Below the pieces are notes generated by a model. It was given only the letters and a program-made list of their open reading frames with translations. It was not told where the DNA came from and made no database searches. Shown here piece by piece: positions 1 through 9,131 of a stretch of DNA of 64,000 bases (within the stretch, counting starts at the first letter, position 1; every line of letters begins with the position of its first letter). The DNA is from Candidatus Parcubacteria bacterium (GTDB lineage: Bacteria; Patescibacteriota; Patescibacteriia; Patescibacteriales; BM507): contig PKTH01000011.1 in the NCBI GenBank assembly GCA_002869265.1, positions 10,843 through 74,842 on the forward strand, read 5' to 3'. The position numbers were made by a program, and so were the translations under genes.

Positions 1-39
1 TTAATAAGTTTTTAAAATAAAATATCTTATAAACACCCC

Positions 40-687
40 ATGCAAGATATTAAAAAAGATGGGTCTTTTGCGCAAAAGAAAGACTCTAATCTAAATACTG
101 ATCAAAATAAGCATCACGAAATAAAAACAGCTTTTAGTGATTTGAGTACAAGTCGAAGAATATTAGTCGTTTCTTTGGCTTTTTTTAGTATAATTTTATT
201 TTTTTTCTGGGGTGGTAGTACAAAAAAAAGATTAAGTTCTCCTTTAAACCCTGACGTTGACACAGAACCTCTTGTCAGCTTAAATCAATCGGAAAATAAT
301 CTACTAAATGCTGACGAAGATGGAGATGGCTTAACTGACCTAGAAGAAGAGAATTTGTATCAAACTTCTCCTTATCTTGATGATACAGATAGCGATGGTG
401 TTTCAGACGGAGATGAAGTTAAAAATGGAAGTGACCCAAACTGCGCTGAAGGACAAAACTGTTATCAGGAAACAATAGTAAACATTGACAATCAAGACAG
501 TGCAGATCTCGATAATATTGGCTTAAGTGGTGATATCTCAGATGAGGAATTGTCTCAAGCTCTAAGCGGGAAGAGTAGTGTTGAAACGTTGAGAGAAATG
601 CTTTTAGAGGCCGGTATGCAAAAAGAGGTTTTAGATTCGATTTCCGATGAAGATTTATTAAAAAGCTATCAAGAGGTTTTACAATAA
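40..687 (+). CDS. Membrane-anchored protein with Ca-binding DxDxDG (thrombospondin type-3/binary-toxin-like) repeats
   Basis: One N-terminal TM helix (ILVVSLAFFSIILFFFWG), then DEDGDGLTDLEE and DTDSDGVSDGDEVKNGSDPN motifs. Confidence 0.7.
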   Translation: MQDIKKDGSFAQKKDSNLNTDQNKHHEIKTAFSDLSTSRRILVVSLAFFSIILFFFWGGSTKKRLSSPLNPDVDTEPLVSLNQSENNLLNADEDGDGLTDLEEENLYQTSPYLDDTDSDGVSDGDEVKNGSDPNCAEGQNCYQETIVNIDNQDSADLDNIGLSGDISDEELSQALSGKSSVETLREMLLEAGMQKEVLDSISDEDLLKSYQEVLQ

Positions 688-702
688 TTTTTATATAAGT
701 AT

Positions 703-3700
703 ATGAAAAATTTATTTTTTCAAAAAAGAATATTTGCCGGGGCGTTGATTGTTCTTACTCTATTCGGATTATTAGCTTTTCAAAAACCAGCCTTTTCTCT
801 CGAGATTTTAGTTAGAGACAACGAGACAATCGTTGGCCAGTACGAACAATCTGCTTATGATAAAGCAGTCCAAGCCATGAAAGAAGCTGCTGACAAACTT
901 GTTGCTGGTCTTAAAACCGCTGGGTCAAAAGCCCTTTCTTCAAGTCTTCGTGCAGCGCTTAATACAATAGCATATGATACAGCCACATACCTTGGATCAG
1001 GCAACAGGGGTCAAAAACCCCTTTTTATTACAGAGGGTTGGGGGGAATATATGAACAATATAGCTGATAATGCAGCGGGATCATTTATTGAAGACTTGGG
1101 ACGTAATCCAGACTTTTTTGGTCAGTTTAATCTATGTGAACCAGACCTCGCTGTTAAATTTAACATAGGTTTGGGGCTAAGGCAGCAATATAGACCTTCA
1201 GAACCGGTTTGTACATTTAGCGAAATGAAAGAAAACTGGGATGAGGAATTATCTAGAGGAGATTTTTTAGAGAGGTTCAGCACCTCCTTTAGCCCAACAA
1301 GTAATGAAGCTATGATTGCTGTTTCACTTCATACGAACATTGTCCAAGATATTAAAGGTAGTACAGAAGCAGCAGAGAAAGACAGGGAAGAAACAGGTGG
1401 GTGGTTAGATGTTAGAAATATTGCTGGAGACAGAGTATCTCCTCCTAGCGAAGCGGAAAGGGAACTGGAAATGGCTATTGAGATGCAGAATGCTCAGCTT
1501 GGTGCCTGGACAGGAGATGCACTTGTTGATGCGTCAAATGTTTTCTTAAATCAGTTGGCCATAACTGCTTTTCAGACAGCAATGCGTAGTTTAGCTGATG
1601 GTGAAAATACTAATTTCACATCTCCATATGATTGGGCAAGTTTAACCGACTTCGAGGCTGGCCCTGCTAGCCAGGGCGTTTCTGGAACTCAGGGTAAATT
1701 AAGTGGAGTTATTCAGCCTAATTTTTCAATTAGGGGTGATTATAATATTCTTTCAGAATTAACAATGTGTCCTGATCCAACAAAAGCTGGACCGACTGAG
1801 TGTGTAATAACCGATAAATTTAATCAGGCAATTTTGAATAAATTAACCCTGGCAGAGGCAGTAAGACAAGGTTACTTAAGCGGAGATCTTGTCTTTGGTT
1901 TCAGAGATGGGGGGGTTGAGCCTAGGTACAACGAAGGGCTTCCGTATAGATCTATGATTATTCTAAGAAAATTTAGGATCATACCCGTAACTTGGGAAAT
2001 AATAGCTCAACATATAACAAAAAATTTCAATAGAGCATATAGTCTTCAAGAACTTATTAATTGTTATGATTCGAATGATGAGTTTGGTGAACCGGCAGAT
2101 ACCCTAAATTGGTGTGAAGGGATGATTGATCCTAGTTGGGTTTTAAAGGCTCCCCTAAACTATTGTGGTCGAGAAGGTCCAGGGCCAAATATAAGGTTTG
2201 AAACTATCACGGGGGAAGGCGATGATAGCAAGGTAAATATTTCAAGGGACGATAAATATTGTGGAGATGAACAAACCTGTATAGATGAAAACAGTGATGG
2301 CTCTTGTAATGTTTATGGATATTGTACGGAAGAAAAAAGAAAGTGGGTTTTTGGTTCTGAGGCTTGTGAGCCAAAATTTAACACTTGTCAAACTTTTAAG
2401 AAAAGTGATGGTTCAACAATTAGCTTCCTAGAAAATACAGTTGATTCATTTAGTTGTTCTCTCGACAATGCTGGCTGTTCAGAATATTTTACACAAGCAG
2501 ATTCAGTTGATCCTTATGACGAAAATACAAATAATGTTTTTTGGAGCACTGCAGTGGGTGATCCACATATAAATCTAGATAGAGACGCTGAAGAATGTTC
2601 AGAGAAAAACGAGGGCTGTACTCAATTAATTAGAACAAAGGAAGGGACAGGTGTAAATATATTACCAAACGCTAGTTTCGAAGATACTGATGTTTCTGGG
2701 AATCTGGTTTACTGGAGTGGGCTTGGGACATTGAGCACAGAGGCTTTTGATGGCTATTCTTCACTAGAACTTTCGCCAGGGTATTCTTCTATCTTAATTC
2801 CAGTTGGGCCTTTTGGGTATTTGGCTGCTGGAGAGGAATTTTCTCTTTCTTTTTACGCAAAAGATTGTACCGATGGGACAATCGTTGGTTTTGATGAGAG
2901 TATTATCCCTGGAGCAGAAATAGCTACAAGCTCAGTCAGTGAGGGTGCTCAGTGGAGAAGATTTGGAGTGTCTCGCTACTATAAACCAGACTATTTTACA
3001 AACGATGTAGAAATATTTTTTGATGTTCCAGCAGGCGGCACCTGTCTCATAGATGCTATAAAACTAGAAAGAGGAGGAGCTTCTACTCAGTATTCAGGTT
3101 ATATGGATGAAGGGATCATTTATGAAAAATTAATTCCAGAATACTTATATGAAGATTGCTATCAGGATGCTTTTGCCACTGTCCCAAACTACGAACTTGA
3201 AGCAAGTCGACCTGCTGAGTGTGATACCTATGCTCGTCTATGTATGCAAGAAGAGGTAGGCTGTAATATGTTTACTTCTCTTAGTGACAATATGCAAGTT
3301 CCTGCGAAAGTGACAGCGCAAGATTATTGTCCTGATGTTTGTGTTGGCTATGATTCATACATTCAAACGAAGACTTCTTTTGATTCAGAGCAAGAACAAT
3401 TATTTATTCCCAATACAGCCGAGTCTTGTAGTGCTAAAAACGCAGGTTGTGACGAATTTACAAACCTTGATAAAACAGAAGAGGGGGGAGAGGCTAGGGA
3501 GTATTATAAAAGTTTAAAACAGTGTATCAAGCCTGGTGATCCTGCAGCAGATTGTGGTGATTACTATACTTGGGAAGGGGCCGAGGCTACTGGTTTTCAA
3601 TTAAAAACCTTTAGCTTGCAAAGAGGAGTTGGGACCACAAGTCCAGCTACAGCTTCCGGTGTCTATAACCCCTTTACCTGCAATGCCCTTATTTATGCGG

Positions 3701-6700
3701 CCAGTTCGACAAGTCCCCTATATAATCCTGATTGTCGAGAATATTATGCAAAAACCGGAGATGTTTATTATCTCCTTAACTCAGAAACCATAACCTGCTC
3801 CGACAATTGTCATCCTTATAGAAGAACAGAAGATAATGTAGTGAAAAATAATGGTGTGAATGTTAACAGCGCTACTTGTTCTTCTTTACCCGGATATTCA
3901 GCAAGCCCCACTACTGTTGGTTGGGATGGGGATAATAACTATTGTGTAGAATGTATAAACGGAGGAGTCTGGAATCCTCAACATAATGCTTGTATTTATA
4001 TGGCAATTCCTAACGAGGGAGAGTCCTGTACGGCTTCTGATGCTGGATGTCGTGAATATGGAGGTAATTACGGAAATAATGTGAGAATTATTCTAAATAA
4101 TGATTTTGAAGGGTCAGTACAAGGCTGGGACTCTGAAGGGTCGACCAACGCAAGTGTTAGTAATGAGTCTTTAAGAATTGGAGAAAACTCTCTTTTTGTC
4201 CAGTCAGCGCCAAACACAATTTCTTACAATGTGGGATACAGGGTGGTAGAGGGGAGTGCTTATGTAATTCGTTTTCTTGCCAAATCAACCACCGATTTGG
4301 TTGACCTAGATATATATTTTGAGAATTCATTGGCTTCGACGACTCATTTTTCTGAAATTTTGCAAGTAAGTCCGGGTGAGTGGGGTATTTATGAAGTTAA
4401 TTTATTATCACTAAACCACAGGGTTGATTTTGCAGAAAAACTTGTTATAGCAGGAAGTGGTGCTGGGGCAACAGATTTTTATATCGATGATATCAAACTG
4501 ACAAATATAAGAGATAAATACTATATCATTAAAAATTCTTGGGCGATGCCAGAGATTAATGGTCGTGATATTTGTAATTGGGATATTTTGGCCGATAGTT
4601 TATATCCACAATATTCCTTGGGTTGTGAACAATACAGCGACAACGATAATAAGGTTTACAGCCTGAGAGATTTCACCAAACTTTGTCAGGAGTCTGCTGT
4701 TGGCTGTGAAATAATGATAGATACTCAGAATTCAGATTCTTATGAAGCTCAGCTCCTACCAGAAGGGGCCATTACCCCAAAGGTCAACGTTCCAGCAGAT
4801 GAATACGTCTATGCTGTTTACAGTGAAGACAAGCTTTGTGAGTCAGCGGATGAGGGTTGTCAGAGAATGGGAAAAGCCTATACATATGAGGGGCAAAAGT
4901 TAACTCAAGATTTCTATATTAAGAATAACCCAGACAAATACGATACAAGTGTTTGTTCAGAATTTGCAGTTGGTTGCGAGGAATGGACAACAAATAACGG
5001 ATCAGCTACATTTAAAGACCCCTATAATCAGGTTTGTGAGTGGAGACAGGAGAGTGGTGGAAGTGCTTGGGCTTGGTTAAAAAAGAAAATAAAGAGATGT
5101 GATATGGAGGCCTTGCCGACGGATCCGGGCTACGGGATAATTGACACGGTAAGTGCAGGAGAAACAACAATATGTTTTGACGACAGTGATTGTTCTGGTG
5201 GAAGGTGTATCGTAGATGAAACAGACTATGATTGTGCGGTTTCTCAATACAAAACGATAGGCTTTGGTGGTGCTGGCAATGCCGTAAAACAGCCAATGTC
5301 AGATGCAGACGGTAATTGGGTAGGAGTTTGTTCAGTTAGTAACTCTGGTTGCTCTGAATACATAGATCCTGTCTCTGATTTTCAATCGAACAAATTGTTT
5401 AATGCCAATTTCTACCAAGATATAGACTCAGATGGTTACGCAGATGGTTGGGATCCAGTGGGGCCAAGCGGTGGTTCGCAAGAGATACTCCTAGAATCCA
5501 ACACTTTGTATGTTATTTCAGTTGAAGGGGATAATACTCTTACCGTGACAGCCCCAATCGTAGCTCCAGCAGCTGTTCCTCCTTCAGCCTTTAGGATTCT
5601 AAATAATTCAAATGAATTTGAACCAAACACTTCTGTGGTCACAGTCACTTCCGCTGACGATGACATAAATAGCGTACGTTTTTATATTGACGGAAGTTAT
5701 ACAGTCAAAGTCGAAATAGCAGATGCTTCTTCTCATCTTTATGGAAATAATAGTGTGGTTTCTGTAAAAAAGGTCTCCATAGATTATCAAAAAGAAGATC
5801 TAGTAGACAGAGAGTCATGTAATGGAACAGTTGATTTCGAGAAGGGTTGCGTTTTATTTAATGAGAGGGTTGTCGATGGTCAAGGCTATGAAGATTTGAG
5901 CTGGGAAGCAGACGAAACAATCCATGATGGTTCGGGAATGTCTCCTTTACCTGGTGGGGCAGGTCTCCAAAATGCAAATGTTCTATTGAAAGTATCTCCG
6001 GATAGAACTTGTGGTTCATGGCTTGCTTGCAGCGACTACGTAACAGATGATGATAATAATGTGGTTTGTCAAGATATAGGTTTGTGTGATGGTCTGGATG
6101 ATAACGGTAATTGTAGTAATTTCCTAGTTGAGGAAGCCGTTCAAAATAGTTATACCCTGCCAGCAAGCATAGATTTCTCTAATATTTCTGGCTACGCCAA
6201 ATATGGCCTTCAAACTCCTCCAGAAGAGGGGATGGAAGGTATATATCCTTTTGGTAAGATGGAGCAAGCCACAGAACTTGCCTTTATGCCAAATGGAGAT
6301 TTTGAAATGAATGCTGACGGCACCATGCCCTTTGGTTGGAACTCTGGACCAGAACTGTGGAGTGAAAATATTTTCAAAGTAGTTGATAACCCAGTAGAAG
6401 CTGAAGGAGAGGGTGTGGATAGGGCTCCAAGTGGACAGAGCTTTTTGCAGGTTGGTGGAAGCACAGCCTATAAAGTTTATTCAGAGTATATTGATGTCAT
6501 AGGCGGTATGGAATATTCCTTAACAGCCTATATGAATACTATAAATCTACCAGATGGTGCAGCTGCTATTTGGTGGGATGAGATTGATTCAAACGGTGCG
6601 TTAACTTTTTTCGATAGACTTTTGGTTTCTTCAGAGTATGGTAATGACTGGGAGAAGTTGACTGGGACTGTGCAGGTAGAAGATGCAACAACTCAAATAA

Positions 6701-8232
6701 AATTGAAAATAGGTGTTACGACTGCTGGAAGTGGAAGTTTCTATGTTGATGATGTAAAAATAAGACCTACTCTAAACTCAAAGCCAGGCACATATGTAGA
6801 TCAAACCTGTAGGCTTTATCCTCAAGATGATTCACTCTCTTGTGAATATATAGAAGACTCAGGAGCCAAGCAAAAAGGTTGGTGGGGTTACTGTTTGGAG
6901 TATGATAGAGCTCCTGGTGACCCGGGCGCTTGTCTGCAGTGGTGGCCAGTGGCGAATATAAAGGGCGATGGCGTTAGCGAGGGCGGCTCAAATTATGAAG
7001 GAAGATATCCGCTATATTACTGTACACAAACTATGGTTGAACCGCTTTATGAATACAGGCATACTTATACATTATACAGGTCTGGTTGTCATACTAATTT
7101 TTTGTGGTGGTCTAGTGGGAATGCTTGTAATGGCCTCGAATGTCCTGATGGTTATATTGAATATAGCCACAAGGGTGACGATTGTAGCGATACTTTTGAT
7201 ATAGAGGAAAGAGTATATTGTTCTTGCCGACCAGATGGCGTGGGATTGGTTGCAGGACTAGAAGACGGTAGTCCTAATAGTTATAGTAACTATCAAGTTT
7301 ATCCATCAAGTGCTAATGATGGCTGGTATATAGCAACCGCAGATCAAACAAACTATAATACCCCAGCAGAAATTACTGCAGCAAATCCAAATTATGAACT
7401 TTTCTGTGGCACGGGTTCAGATCCTTGCTACCTTGAAGGAGAGGTTCGAAAATTAAGATATGGAGACTATATTGATTATTATGCTGGAGATGAAATAATC
7501 CCTGAACCAATGTGTATTAAATTTGCTAAAACCGTTACTGAAACTGGTAAAAATAAATATTGGAGTGGACGTGTTTTTGAAGGATCTGATTTTCAAATAC
7601 CTTGCTATGATGGCTTGATGTCAGCCCCTACTCCGATTTGTACTCAAGACAGCGACTATGCGCCTTTCGGTTCGGCAGTATATCCTGAACCTGTTGAGAA
7701 TCCAGCTCTATGGGATAGTGATGATTATATGACAGGAGTTCAGCCAATGCATTATCAAGACCCAAATACCAATTTAGCAGAACCATATCAAAACAGGATG
7801 GGTAAACTGTATACAGAGGACGACATTAGAAGACTTTTTGCTCAGTCATATGGTGTTTGGGATTGGTCAAGCCCAACAACATTTACTCCGACCAGTACCA
7901 CACCAGGGGAATACATTGTTTCTTATACAGGGCATTGGGAGGCTCCGAAAAATGAATGTACAGGACCTCTAGGACAAAGACCACCAACGCCAACTGACCC
8001 AACTGCTCCACCAATAGATCTGTGTGGGGTGATCCCTCGTGTAGACAGTGATCTTAATGATGCTAACGGAAATGATATTCGAGTTTCGGGAAATACTGGC
8101 GATATTTATGTATCACGAAATGGTTTTGTTGAATTAACCTTTAACACTCTTATGGATAGTGAACAATGGCCATTGGTTTTCTATGCTATAGACTGGGGGG
8201 ATGGTAAATCTACTGTGAAGTCAGGAACGTAA
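703..8232 (+). CDS. Giant secreted Cys-rich surface protein with four CBM4/9-like domains (2509 aa to first stop; frame continues to 8502)
   Basis: Signal peptide (…PAFS|LE); nine C-x5-G-C modules; four N-x-x-F…D-D-I/V-K-type jelly-roll segments; PKD-like IDWGDG near the end. Confidence 0.75.
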   Translation: MKNLFFQKRIFAGALIVLTLFGLLAFQKPAFSLEILVRDNETIVGQYEQSAYDKAVQAMKEAADKLVAGLKTAGSKALSSSLRAALNTIAYDTATYLGSGNRGQKPLFITEGWGEYMNNIADNAAGSFIEDLGRNPDFFGQFNLCEPDLAVKFNIGLGLRQQYRPSEPVCTFSEMKENWDEELSRGDFLERFSTSFSPTSNEAMIAVSLHTNIVQDIKGSTEAAEKDREETGGWLDVRNIAGDRVSPPSEAERELEMAIEMQNAQLGAWTGDALVDASNVFLNQLAITAFQTAMRSLADGENTNFTSPYDWASLTDFEAGPASQGVSGTQGKLSGVIQPNFSIRGDYNILSELTMCPDPTKAGPTECVITDKFNQAILNKLTLAEAVRQGYLSGDLVFGFRDGGVEPRYNEGLPYRSMIILRKFRIIPVTWEIIAQHITKNFNRAYSLQELINCYDSNDEFGEPADTLNWCEGMIDPSWVLKAPLNYCGREGPGPNIRFETITGEGDDSKVNISRDDKYCGDEQTCIDENSDGSCNVYGYCTEEKRKWVFGSEACEPKFNTCQTFKKSDGSTISFLENTVDSFSCSLDNAGCSEYFTQADSVDPYDENTNNVFWSTAVGDPHINLDRDAEECSEKNEGCTQLIRTKEGTGVNILPNASFEDTDVSGNLVYWSGLGTLSTEAFDGYSSLELSPGYSSILIPVGPFGYLAAGEEFSLSFYAKDCTDGTIVGFDESIIPGAEIATSSVSEGAQWRRFGVSRYYKPDYFTNDVEIFFDVPAGGTCLIDAIKLERGGASTQYSGYMDEGIIYEKLIPEYLYEDCYQDAFATVPNYELEASRPAECDTYARLCMQEEVGCNMFTSLSDNMQVPAKVTAQDYCPDVCVGYDSYIQTKTSFDSEQEQLFIPNTAESCSAKNAGCDEFTNLDKTEEGGEAREYYKSLKQCIKPGDPAADCGDYYTWEGAEATGFQLKTFSLQRGVGTTSPATASGVYNPFTCNALIYAASSTSPLYNPDCREYYAKTGDVYYLLNSETITCSDNCHPYRRTEDNVVKNNGVNVNSATCSSLPGYSASPTTVGWDGDNNYCVECINGGVWNPQHNACIYMAIPNEGESCTASDAGCREYGGNYGNNVRIILNNDFEGSVQGWDSEGSTNASVSNESLRIGENSLFVQSAPNTISYNVGYRVVEGSAYVIRFLAKSTTDLVDLDIYFENSLASTTHFSEILQVSPGEWGIYEVNLLSLNHRVDFAEKLVIAGSGAGATDFYIDDIKLTNIRDKYYIIKNSWAMPEINGRDICNWDILADSLYPQYSLGCEQYSDNDNKVYSLRDFTKLCQESAVGCEIMIDTQNSDSYEAQLLPEGAITPKVNVPADEYVYAVYSEDKLCESADEGCQRMGKAYTYEGQKLTQDFYIKNNPDKYDTSVCSEFAVGCEEWTTNNGSATFKDPYNQVCEWRQESGGSAWAWLKKKIKRCDMEALPTDPGYGIIDTVSAGETTICFDDSDCSGGRCIVDETDYDCAVSQYKTIGFGGAGNAVKQPMSDADGNWVGVCSVSNSGCSEYIDPVSDFQSNKLFNANFYQDIDSDGYADGWDPVGPSGGSQEILLESNTLYVISVEGDNTLTVTAPIVAPAAVPPSAFRILNNSNEFEPNTSVVTVTSADDDINSVRFYIDGSYTVKVEIADASSHLYGNNSVVSVKKVSIDYQKEDLVDRESCNGTVDFEKGCVLFNERVVDGQGYEDLSWEADETIHDGSGMSPLPGGAGLQNANVLLKVSPDRTCGSWLACSDYVTDDDNNVVCQDIGLCDGLDDNGNCSNFLVEEAVQNSYTLPASIDFSNISGYAKYGLQTPPEEGMEGIYPFGKMEQATELAFMPNGDFEMNADGTMPFGWNSGPELWSENIFKVVDNPVEAEGEGVDRAPSGQSFLQVGGSTAYKVYSEYIDVIGGMEYSLTAYMNTINLPDGAAAIWWDEIDSNGALTFFDRLLVSSEYGNDWEKLTGTVQVEDATTQIKLKIGVTTAGSGSFYVDDVKIRPTLNSKPGTYVDQTCRLYPQDDSLSCEYIEDSGAKQKGWWGYCLEYDRAPGDPGACLQWWPVANIKGDGVSEGGSNYEGRYPLYYCTQTMVEPLYEYRHTYTLYRSGCHTNFLWWSSGNACNGLECPDGYIEYSHKGDDCSDTFDIEERVYCSCRPDGVGLVAGLEDGSPNSYSNYQVYPSSANDGWYIATADQTNYNTPAEITAANPNYELFCGTGSDPCYLEGEVRKLRYGDYIDYYAGDEIIPEPMCIKFAKTVTETGKNKYWSGRVFEGSDFQIPCYDGLMSAPTPICTQDSDYAPFGSAVYPEPVENPALWDSDDYMTGVQPMHYQDPNTNLAEPYQNRMGKLYTEDDIRRLFAQSYGVWDWSSPTTFTPTSTTPGEYIVSYTGHWEAPKNECTGPLGQRPPTPTDPTAPPIDLCGVIPRVDSDLNDANGNDIRVSGNTGDIYVSRNGFVELTFNTLMDSEQWPLVFYAIDWGDGKSTVKSGT

Positions 8233-8502
8233 CTTCGTGATAGACATGATGTAGATAACCCATTTTCAGTCTTTCATTTATTTGATTATTATAATTTATT
8301 ACATGATAGTTATGACAATCCAAACATTGATTGTAACCTAGCTGGTATTCCAAACGCATGTGCAGTTAGGCCCGGTGTAAAGATTAAGGACAATTGGGGT
8401 TGGTGTAGTGATGCTCTTTTGGACACAAGCGATCCAACTAATATCTGTCCTGGTTTTGCTTATGAGATGTTTGATGGCAGGATAATTGTAAAAGAAAAGT
8501 AG
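8233..8502 (+). pseudogene. In-frame C-terminal continuation (89 codons) of the giant protein beyond a premature TAA
   Basis: Same frame stays open after TAA 8230-8232: LRDRHDVDNPFSVFHLFDYY…VKIKDNWGWCSD…IIVKEK-TAG, completing the PKD-like domain with the same Cys/Trp style. Confidence 0.75.
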
Positions 8503-8541
8503 TGATAGTAATAAATAATATTTGTAATTTAAATAAGCAGA

Positions 8542-9126
8542 ATGGCTAACGAACCTGGAAATCAAAATAGATCAGTTGATACAGACGTTTTGAGAAACGA
8601 GAGGATGGCTAATGAAATGAGAGAAAGTAAACAGCAGAAAAAAATAGAAAATCAGCAAGCCCTGAAAGAGGAGCAAGTAGAACAAGGGGAAGTCCAAGCG
8701 GAACCAGTAAATAAAGAGACCGGGCTAGCAACTAAAGGGAAAAAGAAAAAAAGTGTAAGTAAGAGAAAGTTATTGTTAGCAAGGAAACTTGAAAAAAAAA
8801 TTAAAAAAGAAAGATTTGATGGTTTACCTTTTTTTTCAGCAATAATTCTTGCACAAATAAAGGATATTATTGATATTTTGAGCTTGGGCACAGTTGGCAC
8901 GGTTCTTGGTTTCGTTATTGGACCAATGTTAGGGATAATAATGTGGTCGGTTGGAGAATCTAGTATTACGCTCAAGTTAAAAAGAGTGATAATCGTCAAC
9001 GTACTTGAGGATATACCTTTTTTGAATATATTGCCTATATGGACACTGGTGATTATATATATGAAGGTACAACATGACAACAAAGTGAGGCTTTATCAGC
9101 ATCAATTAAAGAGGTTGAGCAAATAG
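8542..9126 (+). CDS. Hypothetical membrane protein of the T4SS-like cluster
   Basis: Charged N-half, hydrophobic C-half with 2-3 TM segments (…EDIPFLNILPIWTLVII). Confidence 0.65.
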   Translation: MANEPGNQNRSVDTDVLRNERMANEMRESKQQKKIENQQALKEEQVEQGEVQAEPVNKETGLATKGKKKKSVSKRKLLLARKLEKKIKKERFDGLPFFSAIILAQIKDIIDILSLGTVGTVLGFVIGPMLGIIMWSVGESSITLKLKRVIIVNVLEDIPFLNILPIWTLVIIYMKVQHDNKVRLYQHQLKRLSK

Positions 9127-9131
9127 AATTT

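Noticed and set aside
8230..8232. Stop-codon reassignment or programmed TAA readthrough
   Set aside because: TAA is the commonest true stop in the window and TGA also terminates genes (e.g. 52983, 59260), so neither TAA recoding nor code 25 applies; point lesions are more parsimonious
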